A DNA stretch of 64,000 bases from an uncultured cyanobacterium (GTDB lineage Bacteria; Cyanobacteriota; Cyanobacteriia; Cyanobacteriales; Nostocaceae), in NCBI GenBank assembly GCA_963706595.1, contig OY970166.1, positions 2,592,001 through 2,656,000 on the forward strand. The letters run 5' to 3'. The position numbers and the translations under genes were made by a program. The notes under the pieces were generated by a model that saw nothing but the letters and a program-made list of their open reading frames with translations, did not search any database and had not been told where the DNA came from. The first letter of the stretch is position 1; the number at the start of each line of letters is the position of its first letter. Positions 11,653-20,964 of the stretch are shown piece after piece.

Positions 11653-12136
11653 TTAGAACAATCCCAATGTCAAGGATTTATCCAATGGTAAAGCAGCGCC
11701 AATACCTAGCCACAGGGTAACAAGTGTACCAACGAGGAACACTGTAGTCGCAACTGGACGACGGAAGGGGTTTTGGAACTTGTTCACGTTCTCAATAAAA
11801 GGAACGAGGATCAATCCCAGAGGCACAGACTGCCATTGCTAACACTCCTAAAAGTTTGTTAGGAAGCGATCGCAACATCTGGAATACAGGGTACAAGTAC
11901 CATTCTGGTAAAATTTCCAAAGGTGTGGCAAAAGGATTTGCTGGTTCACCTGTCATGGCGGGGTCTAGCACAGCTAGAGCCACAATACAAGCAAATGAAC
12001 CCATGATCACAATGGGAAATACATACAGTAGGTCGTTAGGCCAAGCGGGTTCACCATAGTAGTTGTGACCCATGCCTTTGGCGAGTTTAGCTCTTAACTG
12101 AGGATCACTCAGATCGGGGGGTTTGTGCGTTGACAT
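11653..12136 (-). CDS. petD: Cytochrome b6f subunit IV; one extra base near 11830
   Basis: [29 protein letters not shown]-terminus ...DKSLTLGLF* in shifted frame; 484 nt versus 483 for a 160-aa PetD. Confidence 0.97.
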
Positions 12137-12205
12137 ATTTTAATTAGCTCTCCTGCTCAAATTCAGTTAAAGCATTTGTGTCAGCCATCAGCTATCAGAC
12201 AACCC

Positions 12206-12313
12206 CAGTACAGCACGGCGTAAATAGCACAACTGTCTCCAATCATTTTTGACTTTTGACCCCTCGACTTCGCTCAGGGTAGACTTTTGACTTTTGACTT
12301 CCGCCTTACGGGT
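12206..12313. mobile_element. MITE-like repeat (AGTACAG...TTTTGAC arrays...TTCCGCC family) with a nested short insert
   Basis: Shares ends and TTTTGAC heptamers with 13440-13607; nested ccctcgacttcgctcaggg. Confidence 0.6.
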
Positions 12314-12465
12314 GGGGTCTACAGCTTTCAGCTTCAAATACAAGTCTTTGTTCTTATTGTCGCTTATAAGATATTAATTGCTGATTTCTCATAAGTTTAA
12401 AACAAACATCTGCATCTGGGAACTGCAAGCTGTGGCCTTTTTGCATTTTGGCTGAATTATTTAGA

Positions 12466-13113
12466 TTACAAAGGACCGGAAATACCTTGTTTGCGGATCA
12501 TCAAGAAGTGGAACAGCATGAACACCGCAATTAACCAAGGTAGTACAAAGGTATGAGCGCTGTAGTAGCGAGTCAGCGTTGCTTGACCGACACTAGAACC
12601 ACCGCGTAACATATCAGAGATAAAAACGCCAACTACGGGAATTGCTTCTGGTACGCCACTAACGATTTTTACAGCCCAGTAACCAACTTGGTCCCAAGGT
12701 AGGGAATAGCCTGTAACACCAAAAGAAACGGTGATTACAGCTAGGATCACACCACTAACCCAAGTCAACTCACGGGGCTTTTTGAAGCCACCGGTGAGGT
12801 ACACCCGGAAGGTGTGCAGAATCATCATTAACACCATCATGCTGGCAGACCAGCGGTGAATGGAGCGAATTAGCCAGCCGAAGCTGACATCATTCATGAT
12901 GTACTCTACAGAAGAGTAAGCTTCAGCCACTGTGGGCTTATAGTAGAACGTCATTGCAAATCCAGTAGCGAACTGAATTAGGAAGCAAACTAAGGTAATA
13001 CCACCCAAGCAATAAAAAATATTTACATGGGGAGGGACATACTTGCTAGTTACGTCTTCAGCGAGCGCTTCAATTTCTAAGCGCTCCTCAAACCAGTCGT
13101 AAACGTTGGCCAT
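12466..13113 (-). CDS. petB: Cytochrome b6
   Basis: 215 aa, [27 protein letters not shown]-terminus GISGPL. Confidence 0.99.
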   Translation of the reverse strand: MANVYDWFEERLEIEALAEDVTSKYVPPHVNIFYCLGGITLVCFLIQFATGFAMTFYYKPTVAEAYSSVEYIMNDVSFGWLIRSIHRWSASMMVLMMILHTFRVYLTGGFKKPRELTWVSGVILAVITVSFGVTGYSLPWDQVGYWAVKIVSGVPEAIPVVGVFISDMLRGGSSVGQATLTRYYSAHTFVLPWLIAVFMLFHFLMIRKQGISGPL

Positions 13114-13439
13114 ACAATCTCAAATTCCTAAAAATCGGTTGCGGTTGATCAATCTCCCAATTAACAATTTTGGGATTTTCACAAAGGGGAGTTTGTTCTT
13201 TGGCTTTTGTGCCTTCAGAATGATAAGACTTTTCAGAAACTTAACACTCTGTAAATATGGAATATATTGCGTTCTCTTGGCAAGCTAACACCACAAATGC
13301 TTGTTACCAAGTGGATCTTATCGTTTGCGCCAGTCCAATCCACTGCATCAATTTTTTGAACAAGTTGATGAGAGGAATGCACCACTTCTATAAAAAAAGT
13401 AACATAGTTGAGATATAGATTTCATCAAAGACGTGGGAA

Positions 13440-13607
13440 CTAGTACAGGTCGGTGGAAATAAACCAACCATTCCAAGTCAACGAAAAGCCTATAGAATCA
13501 GCTTTTTGACTTTTGACCCCTTCGGGGTTCGCCAGTCGCTCATGGGGAAAACCCCCAAGACCGCGCTGGCTCACTTTTGACTTTTGACTTCCGCCCTGCG
13601 GTGCTAA
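13440..13607. mobile_element. MITE-like repeat with imperfect terminal inverted repeats and a nested repeat
   Basis: ctagtacaggtcggtggaa ... ttccgccctgcggtgcta; internal TTTTGAC arrays; nested gccagtcgctcatggg...cccaagaccgcgctggctc related to 31921-31965 and about 46420-46442. Confidence 0.65.
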
Positions 13608-13658
13608 GTATTTTTCGTCAGTGTTTTTCGGCAATTTGGGATCAGATGGAATTTGGAA

Positions 13659-14912
13659 ATGGGGTTCATGCAAAAACAGGTTTTTCGGCTAGGATTTTCG
13701 CTGTTAGTGGCGTTTTGGTTGGCTCTGGGCGCTCTCATCCAACCAGCAACAGCTTTAACGGATGAGCAAAAATTAGTTTCAGAAGTTTGGCGAATTGTCA
13801 ATCGCACTTATCTGGATGAGACATTTAATCATCAAAATTGGTCGCAGGCGAGGCAAAAAGCCTTGGAGAAACCATTAAAAGATCATGAAGCAGCTTATGC
13901 CGCCATTCAAAAAATGCTCAAGTCTCTGGGTGATCCTTTTACCCGCTTTTTAGACCCGGAACAGTATCGCAGTTTGCAGGTGAATACTTCTGGTGAACTG
14001 ACTGGAGTGGGTTTACAAATTGCCCTCAATCCTGAGACTGGAAAGCTGGAAGTAGTGACTCCGATTATGGATTCACCAGCAGATTTGGCTGGGATTAAAC
14101 CTCGCGATCGCATTATCAAAATTGAAGGCATTCTCACAGAAAATTTGACTCTAGATGAAGCAGCCACCAGAATGCGGGGGCCTGTTGGTAGTGCTGTCAC
14201 ACTTTTAATTGAACGAGACGGCATCGGCGCAAAAGAAGTCAAATTAGTGCGCGATCGCATTGAGCTTAACCCTGTGGTAGCAGACCTGCGTTTTTCTCCT
14301 CAAGGCACGCCCATTGGCTACCTGCGCCTGACTCAATTCAACGCTAACGCCTCAATGGAATTAGCACACGCTATTTCTAGTTTAGAGAAAAAAGGCGCAG
14401 CTGCCTATATTTTAGATTTGCGAAATAATCCTGGTGGGCTATTACAATCAGGAATTGAAATTGCCCGTCTATGGTTAAATTCCGGTACCATCGTCTACAC
14501 GGTAAATCGCCAAGGTGTTCAGGGCAGTTTTGAATCATTTGGCCCGTCCTTAACAGACGATCCTCTGGTAATTTTAGTCAATGAAGGAACCGCCAGCGCC
14601 AGTGAAATTCTCGCTGGGGCGCTGCAAGATAACGGTCGGGCGAAATTGGTAGGCGAAACTACCTTTGGTAAAGGGTTAATTCAGTCCTTGTTTGAATTAT
14701 CCGATGGTTCTGGCTTGGCAGTCACCATTGCTAAGTACGAAACACCCAAGCATCAAGATATTAATAAATTAGGAATTAAACCAGATACAGTAATTTCCCA
14801 AACATCAATTACCCGCGCCCAGATTGCCACAGAAGCAGACCTACAATATCAAGCAGCCCTGGAATTATTGAAAACAAATTCCGTGTTGGCGGGAGTGGGG
14901 AGTAGGGAGTAG
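13659..14912 (+). CDS. ctpA: Carboxyl-terminal processing protease (D1 maturation), S41 family
   Basis: Signal peptide, PDZ, LDLRNNPGG, TASASEI, TFGKGLIQ; next to petB. Confidence 0.93.
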   Translation: MGFMQKQVFRLGFSLLVAFWLALGALIQPATALTDEQKLVSEVWRIVNRTYLDETFNHQNWSQARQKALEKPLKDHEAAYAAIQKMLKSLGDPFTRFLDPEQYRSLQVNTSGELTGVGLQIALNPETGKLEVVTPIMDSPADLAGIKPRDRIIKIEGILTENLTLDEAATRMRGPVGSAVTLLIERDGIGAKEVKLVRDRIELNPVVADLRFSPQGTPIGYLRLTQFNANASMELAHAISSLEKKGAAAYILDLRNNPGGLLQSGIEIARLWLNSGTIVYTVNRQGVQGSFESFGPSLTDDPLVILVNEGTASASEILAGALQDNGRAKLVGETTFGKGLIQSLFELSDGSGLAVTIAKYETPKHQDINKLGIKPDTVISQTSITRAQIATEADLQYQAALELLKTNSVLAGVGSRE

Positions 14913-15000
14913 GGAGTAGGGAGTGGGGAGTAGAAGAGGCAGGGGTGCAGGGAGCAGGGATCAGAAGAGGCAGGGGTGCAGGGAGCAGGGAGCAGGGGGG
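14891..15000 (+). repeat. GGGAGTR heptamer array (6 units) plus duplicated GCAGGG-rich unit
   Basis: Direct reading; overlaps the ctpA 3' end. Confidence 0.9.
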
Positions 15001-15023
15001 AGAAGAGGGTGACTTCCTAATCA

Positions 15024-15094
15024 CTAATGACCAATGACCAATGACTAATGACCAATGACTAATGACTAATGACTAATGACTAATGACTAATGAC
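15024..15094 (+). repeat. TGACYAA heptamer array (about 10 units)
   Basis: Direct reading; overlaps the stop of the MBL-fold gene. Confidence 0.92.
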
Positions 15095-15739
15095 AAGGCG
15101 CTGGTAAGCATTTTCTATTACACGTTTCCCTCTGAGGAATCCTGTGTTAGCACCGGGACAAATGTACTGGAGTGTTTCTGGTGTAAAACTTTCTTGGATT
15201 AATTTCAGACTTTTAATTTGTCTAGGCCAGTGAAAGGTTTTGGCTGTGCGAAAAGGCACTGGCTCGCCTTCCTGGTTGGGAACTAAATGGCGGCCAGAAA
15301 ATAGCACACCGCCTAAATCACTGTAGTAAAGGCAAGATGAACCGGGGGAATGACCAGGTGTCCAAATTACCCTAGATTTGGAATTGAGTGTGAATTCCTG
15401 GGTAAAGCTGGTGACAGTTAATCCAGGTAATAAATAAGCTTCTTGCTCTTGAATCAGCACTTCACAGCCAAAGGTTTGCTGAATTGCTGCCGTTTTACCA
15501 ATTGCATTGCGATGAGTGAGAAATAGCCAACGCACGCCACCATGCGATCGCAAAAAATCTTGATTTGTGGAATCATCAGCAGGAGAATCTATCAGGATAT
15601 TGCCTTCGTTTCCTACAATAAGATAAGAGGTTCCCCCTAATGTGTCCCGATTTGGTGGAAAAGCAAAGATGCTATCTAGCACCGGACGTGGTTGCTTCGC
15701 TGTCTGACTTGGCTGTTGAGGTAAGGGGTGCATGAGCAA
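15080..15739 (-). CDS. MBL-fold metallo-hydrolase-like protein
   Basis: ILIDSP, LFLTHR, TPGHSPGS, LFSG; HxHxDH motif is degenerate. Confidence 0.85.
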   Translation of the reverse strand: MLMHPLPQQPSQTAKQPRPVLDSIFAFPPNRDTLGGTSYLIVGNEGNILIDSPADDSTNQDFLRSHGGVRWLFLTHRNAIGKTAAIQQTFGCEVLIQEQEAYLLPGLTVTSFTQEFTLNSKSRVIWTPGHSPGSSCLYYSDLGGVLFSGRHLVPNQEGEPVPFRTAKTFHWPRQIKSLKLIQESFTPETLQYICPGANTGFLRGKRVIENAYQRLVISH

Positions 15740-15921
15740 AAACCGAAACTGAGGAGTGGTAAAAATTGAATAACAGAGTTGAAATTCTGAAGCATTAATA
15801 CTTGAGAATTAATAACTTCTGTGAACAGTTAGAGACTAATTGGGGTTTCGAGTCCTCCTGGTAGTGAAGGCTGTGGTACCGACACACTAGTGAGACATTT
15901 TTCCAAACTACTGAAGATGAC

Positions 15922-17391
15922 ATGACATTTTGGTTTCTCCTCCTACTGGGACTAGCTACTTATCTAATAGTGCAGCGCAGCGTCGCTCAAATTACCCGCA
16001 CGCCAGTTTGGTTGTTGTGGCTGGTGTTAATGACTCCAGCTTTGATATTGAGTGGATGGACACTGATGTATGGGAAGCAACAACCCCCACCATCAGCACT
16101 GGTTATTTGGCCATCAATTATCTGCGTCTTGTTATACTGGCTGTTGTTTCAATGGGGTCGGAGAACGCCAAGAGATACGCAAACTGAACCCCAGGCTGAA
16201 TCACAATCGGCTATCAATCCTACAGCAGAACCAGTACCAGTGCGTCCCATTGAACCAACGGAAGAAACTCAACTGAGAAATTGTTTTCCCTGGTCTGTGT
16301 ACTACATTCATAACATTGAGTACAGACCCCAGGCGGTGATTTGTCGGGGTCAGATTAGAACAACACCTACTCAGGCTTATGAGCAGATTAAGGCTAATAT
16401 TGAAGCACAATTTGGCGATCGCTTTCTCCTGATTTTTCAAGAAGGTTTGAATGGTAAACCTTTCTTTGTACTTGTCCCTAATACTCAAGCACATAAAAAT
16501 ACCAGCCAGCCAGAAAAAATTACACGTCCAGGATTAGCTGCATTTTTGGTATTAGCTACTTTGGTTACGACCACTCTAGTGGGCGCTAGCTTCGCCGGGG
16601 CTGACCCCAAACAATTGGCATCTGACCCAAGTATTTTGTGGCAAGGATTACCCTATGCTTTAGGGCTGATGACTATTTTGGGTATTCACGAACTTGGTCA
16701 TTATTTGACAGCGCGATACTACAAAATTCGGGCGACGCTGCCTTATTTTATTCCTCTACCTTTCTTTTTAGGCACTTTTGGCGCATTTATTCAAATGCGT
16801 AGTCCCATTCCTAATCGTAAAGCTTTATTTGACGTGAGCATTGCTGGTCCACTGGCAGGTTTCGTGGTTACTGTACCCTTATTAATATGGGGTTTGGTAA
16901 ATTCGGAATTGGTGCCGATGATTGACCAAACGGGATTTTTAAACCCGGAAGCTCTCAACCCCAAATCTTCAATTTTATTAGCATTGCTCTCCAAACTAGC
17001 ATTAGGGAGTGAGTTAACGTCAACCTCAGCAATTAATCTCCATCCGATCGCGATCGCAGGTTTTTTGGGGCTAATCGTCACAGCTTTGAATTTGATCCCC
17101 GTAGGACAACTGGATGGAGGTCACATTGTCCATGCGATGTTCGGGCAGAAAACCGCAATCATTATTGGTCAAATTTCCCGCTTATTACTACTACTACTGT
17201 CCTTAGTGCAGCAAGGATTTTTGCTCTGGGCAATTATCTTATTATTCATCCCCTTGATTGATGAACCTGCCTTGAATGATGTCACGGAACTGGATAATAA
17301 ACGTGACGTTTTAGGATTGATGGTAATGGCATTGTTAATCATCATTGTGCTGCCATTACCGCAGGCGATCGCTAACTTATTGCAAATATAA
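15922..17391 (+). CDS. Site-2 (M50) intramembrane metalloprotease
   Basis: HELGH and NLIPVGQLDGGH motifs. Confidence 0.93.
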   Translation: MTFWFLLLLGLATYLIVQRSVAQITRTPVWLLWLVLMTPALILSGWTLMYGKQQPPPSALVIWPSIICVLLYWLLFQWGRRTPRDTQTEPQAESQSAINPTAEPVPVRPIEPTEETQLRNCFPWSVYYIHNIEYRPQAVICRGQIRTTPTQAYEQIKANIEAQFGDRFLLIFQEGLNGKPFFVLVPNTQAHKNTSQPEKITRPGLAAFLVLATLVTTTLVGASFAGADPKQLASDPSILWQGLPYALGLMTILGIHELGHYLTARYYKIRATLPYFIPLPFFLGTFGAFIQMRSPIPNRKALFDVSIAGPLAGFVVTVPLLIWGLVNSELVPMIDQTGFLNPEALNPKSSILLALLSKLALGSELTSTSAINLHPIAIAGFLGLIVTALNLIPVGQLDGGHIVHAMFGQKTAIIIGQISRLLLLLLSLVQQGFLLWAIILLFIPLIDEPALNDVTELDNKRDVLGLMVMALLIIIVLPLPQAIANLLQI

Positions 17392-17446
17392 TCAGTTAAC
17401 AGTTAACAGTTAACAGTTAACAGTTATCAGTTAACTGTTAACTGAC
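17391..17446. repeat. AACAGTT heptamer array between convergent genes
   Basis: Direct reading. Confidence 0.85.
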
Positions 17447-17451
17447 TTAAA

Positions 17452-18018
17452 CTAACTGGAAGCAGAATCAGCCGTTTCTGATACTTTGGCCGCTGATGAC
17501 GTGCCACCCATCCGGATTTCCGAAGTAAAGGAAGCCATACTAAAGCCGCCAAAACGCTTGAGGATACTCACCCGCATCCGTAAATTGGGACTAGCAAACC
17601 ATAAGCGTTCTTCAGAAGACATGGTTTCGTACTCTGTAATTAAAGTCAAAGCGCCATCGTTACCCATCTTATAGCTGCCAGCAACGGGGGCTTTCTCCGC
17701 ATAACCCATTTCCCGCAGTAACTTACCTTCATGGGGATTGTCCGCATTGGGTATGGTAGCTAAAACAGTAGAGCCAGTATGTTTTTCTTCATCCCATTCC
17801 ATCGTGCCATTCCAGGTGACTCTAGCGCCACAGGAGGCGGCGCTGGGAGCAATTTCGTATTGTTCACATAGTTTGATCACCTCTGGATGATCTGCTGGCA
17901 GGCTTTCAATTACTAGGTCTGACTTGCCGTCTTCAGATTGTTTAAAAGCCAAATGGTGACTAGTTCGATGGGAAAACCATTTACCAGCACTCAATTCAAA
18001 AAATTCTTCAATATTCAT
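17452..18018 (-). CDS. cpcS: Phycobiliprotein lyase, CpcS/CpeS family
   Basis: [41 protein letters not shown]. Confidence 0.92.
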   Translation of the reverse strand: MNIEEFFELSAGKWFSHRTSHHLAFKQSEDGKSDLVIESLPADHPEVIKLCEQYEIAPSAASCGARVTWNGTMEWDEEKHTGSTVLATIPNADNPHEGKLLREMGYAEKAPVAGSYKMGNDGALTLITEYETMSSEERLWFASPNLRMRVSILKRFGGFSMASFTSEIRMGGTSSAAKVSETADSASS

Positions 18019-18089
18019 GAATTAAAATTACCCTGAAACAAAATTCTCAATATCCTACTGGCGGTCAAAAAGTGGTAAAAGGTGTTGAG

Positions 18090-18770
18090 TTAAGCTTGAT
18101 TAGCCTTCTCTTCCAACTTTTCCAGAGAAATCCTCGCTGCTTCGGCAACGTTGAAATGCTGATCTTTTTCTAAATATTTTAGAGCTGAAACACTCTTAGT
18201 AGTGGGAAGATTTCCCAAGGCTTCTGCCAGACGTTGCCGCACTAACCAATCCTCTGACTGAGCAAAGCGCAAAATACTATCTACAGACTCAATATCTTGG
18301 ATTTCCCCCAGTGCGGAAATTGCCGCTTCCTGCAACACTGTTTCGCTGCTATCCAATGCCTGAATTAAAACATCATGGGCGCGTGGATCTTTAAGATTAC
18401 CCAAGGAAACGGCGGCACTAAAGCGTACTAGCCAATCAGTATCTTCATAAAATGTCCGCACCAGGGCCTCAAAGGCTCTAGCATCACCTAAATAGCCTAA
18501 AGCTCCAGCCGCATCAGCACGAATGCCATAATCTGGGTCATTTTCCAAAATTTTGACTAAAAGTGAATAACATTCGGCTGTGGGCTTAACTCCCAGGGCA
18601 AATATAGCCATTGATCGCAGTTGCAGCGATTCATCATTCAATACCTTTTTAATTAAAGGTACTGCGTCTTCCGGGGATAGATTACGCAAGCTGGCCAGAG
18701 CTACCATGCGATCGCGCAAATTCGGACTTTCTAACTGAACCGAGATTTCCTCTAAGGGTAGAGCAGGCAT
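18090..18770 (-). CDS. nblB: HEAT-repeat phycobilisome degradation protein, NblB-like
   Basis: PBS-lyase HEAT repeats; DYGIRADAAGALGYL, WLVRFSAAVSLGNL. Confidence 0.8.
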   Translation of the reverse strand: MPALPLEEISVQLESPNLRDRMVALASLRNLSPEDAVPLIKKVLNDESLQLRSMAIFALGVKPTAECYSLLVKILENDPDYGIRADAAGALGYLGDARAFEALVRTFYEDTDWLVRFSAAVSLGNLKDPRAHDVLIQALDSSETVLQEAAISALGEIQDIESVDSILRFAQSEDWLVRQRLAEALGNLPTTKSVSALKYLEKDQHFNVAEAARISLEKLEEKANQA

Positions 18771-18988
18771 TTAATTTTCAGCGCTTTCTTTACTTATCTT
18801 TACTTTAACCGATTCCCTTGTGAGGCTGTGGGCATAGCCATTTAGGAGTTGAGTCTGATTTCAGGATGACGCGATCGTGGTGAAAACATTGACTGGCTGA
18901 AATACGAGAGACTCTATCTGATTTAGCAGTCAGAATTAATAGTGAGCTGTGTCTCAAGTACGAAGTGAAACTTATGGAGTGGAATTAC

Positions 18989-20362
18989 CGAAAATAGTGG
19001 GTTTAAAGCCCCGTCACTTCGACAGGCTCAGTGCATCGCCTTCTAGGACGGCTTTTTATTTGAGCATTTAATTTATCTTTCATTCTAGCGATAGTTAAAA
19101 ATAAGGTATAATGTACCCAGGAGGTGATAAAAGTGTTTAACCTAACCTACGAATTTAAACTCAAACCGACTCAAAAACAATCGAATACTTTTGAGCAATG
19201 GCTTGAGATTAATCGTCGAGTCTATAACTATGCTTTGTGCGAACGTAAAGATTGGTATAAGTCTCGCAGTTGTCAGGTTAATGCTTGTTCGGTCCGCTCT
19301 GAATACATCATTCAGTCCGATACTCCCCGTCCTACCTACGCTAGTCAATGCAAATCATTAACCGAAGCGAAAAAGACTAATCCTGAACTAAAATCGGTAC
19401 AATCTCAGGTCTTGCAACAAACGTTAAAACGAGTTGAAAACGCATTCACAAGTATGTGGGAACAAAATCATGGATTTCCTAGATTTAAAAAATCTGGAAA
19501 GATGCGTAGTTTTGTCTTCCCGCAAATGAAGGAGGATAAATTAAGTGGTGGGAGAATTAACCTACCTGTGATTGGTTGGGTTAAATTCCGACAATCCCGT
19601 TCAATCCCAGATGGGGGAGTGATGAAACAAGCACGTGTAGTCAAGCGTGTTTCTGGATGGTACGTCATGTTAACTATCCAGTGGGATATTAGTCTACCCC
19701 AACCCATGCCACACGGGGAAGCAGTAGGAATAGATGTTGGATTAACAAATTTTATTGCCACTTCTGATGGTCTTTTAGTCAAGCGTCCGAGGTTTTTTGT
19801 AGATGCCCAACGCAAGCTGAAATTGCTGCAACAGCGTGTTTCCAGAAAACGATTAGGCTCGAACAATTGGAAGAAAGCACAAAAGAAAGTTGCCTCATTG
19901 CATGAGTACGTTGCTAATTGTCGTAAAGATTGGCACAGAAAACTGTCTCACCGAATCTGTGACAGCGCCGGGATGGTGTTTGTTGAGGATTTAAATTTAG
20001 TTGGTTTGTCCCGTGGAATGTTGGGTAAACATTGCCTGGATGGGGGGTTCGGACAATTCTTTAATATCCTTGAACAAACTTGTTTTAAACGCGATGTCTA
20101 TTTTCAAAAAGTAGATGCGCGGAAAACAAGCCAAATCTGTCCCAACTGCGGAATTAAGACAGGAAAGAAAGAACTTTCACAACGTACTCATGTTTGCTCA
20201 AATTGCGGCTATACGACTGATAGAGATGTTGCAGCTGCTCAAGTAGTCGCAATCCGCGGACTTGCAGCCGTAGGGCATACGGTCAAGATGCTTGCTGAGG
20301 GTAAATTCATTGGAATCCCCGCGAAGCAAGAATCCTCGTACCTTTAGGTCGAGGAGTGTCAA
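18989..20362 (+). mobile_element. Non-autonomous IS200/IS605-family element (tnpB only)
   Basis: Follows TTAC (18985-18988); left-end hairpin aaagccccgtc...ggacggcttt; right-end hairpin tcctcg...cgagga (20333-20355) then TCAA (20359-20362); no tnpA. Confidence 0.85.
19124..20347 (+). CDS. tnpB: RNA-guided endonuclease TnpB
   Basis: N-terminal HTH, RuvC motifs GIDVG, VEDL, DRDVAAA all intact; zinc finger CPNCG...CSNCG. Confidence 0.95.
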   Translation: MIKVFNLTYEFKLKPTQKQSNTFEQWLEINRRVYNYALCERKDWYKSRSCQVNACSVRSEYIIQSDTPRPTYASQCKSLTEAKKTNPELKSVQSQVLQQTLKRVENAFTSMWEQNHGFPRFKKSGKMRSFVFPQMKEDKLSGGRINLPVIGWVKFRQSRSIPDGGVMKQARVVKRVSGWYVMLTIQWDISLPQPMPHGEAVGIDVGLTNFIATSDGLLVKRPRFFVDAQRKLKLLQQRVSRKRLGSNNWKKAQKKVASLHEYVANCRKDWHRKLSHRICDSAGMVFVEDLNLVGLSRGMLGKHCLDGGFGQFFNILEQTCFKRDVYFQKVDARKTSQICPNCGIKTGKKELSQRTHVCSNCGYTTDRDVAAAQVVAIRGLAAVGHTVKMLAEGKFIGIPAKQESSYL

Positions 20363-20830
20363 GAAATTGGTGCGATGTACGATGCTGAACATCGCTTCTA
20401 AGAAGCGCAGCAAATGATGTACCAATGTTGCCAAAATAACCAGTTGAAGTCTTTGCTAGAGACACATATTCAAGAAACTGAGCAGCAAATTCAAAATTTG
20501 TCACAGGTATTCAATACTTTGGATCAGCAACCACAGCGAATAACTTGCGATGCTGCGGCTGGGCTTGTCAGTGACGGTCAAAAACTCATGCTATTGACTG
20601 CTGATAATCCTCAAGTTATGGAGTTGGGACTGGCTGGAGCGCAGTCCAAGGTCGAAAACCTGGAGATTGCCTGCTATCGTGGCTTGATTAAGGTTGCTGA
20701 ACAGATGGATCAAAATCAAGTTGTGCAGTTGCTCCAGCAAAACTTGCAGCAAGAAGAACAAACAGCTCAAAAGATTGACCAGTGTATCCCGCAGCTACTC
20801 CAGCAGGCTAAGTCTAGTAAATCTCGTTAG
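20363..20830 (+). pseudogene. Ferritin-like DUF892 (YciE/YciF-type) gene, 5'-truncated by the IS and with an in-frame stop
   Basis: EIGAMYDAEHRF*EAQQMMYQC... in frame with ORF 20414-20830 (ETHIQETEQQI, EIACYRGL, QQEEQTA); TAA at 20399-20401. Confidence 0.75.
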
Positions 20831-20902
20831 AAACAGAGAAAGAAGATTTTCAGATGCTACCCTTTTCTAGGGGTCAAATTTTGGCTAACCTACTGATAGT
20901 AG

Positions 20903-20936
20903 TGAAAGCCCCACGGATAAATCCATGGGGCTTTCA
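20903..20936. terminator. Hairpin between convergent genes, probable bidirectional terminator or REP
   Basis: tgaaagcccca...tggggctttca, 11-bp perfect stem. Confidence 0.6.
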
Positions 20937-20964
20937 AGCAAGATGCACAAGTTTTTTGACGAAT

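Noticed and set aside
11653..12136. petD as a pseudogene or programmed frameshift
   Set aside because: Essential gene, single extra base, no slippery site, in a region with other indels; sequencing error is more likely
14809..15024. Pro-rich ORF, and similar ORFs at 7230-7511, 13440-13673, 31896-32081 and 51759-51947
   Set aside because: Translations of repeat DNA
15841..15865. tRNA T-arm-like sequence ggggtttcgagtcctcc as a tRNA fragment or att site
   Set aside because: Imperfect stem, no rest of a cloverleaf, no integrase nearby
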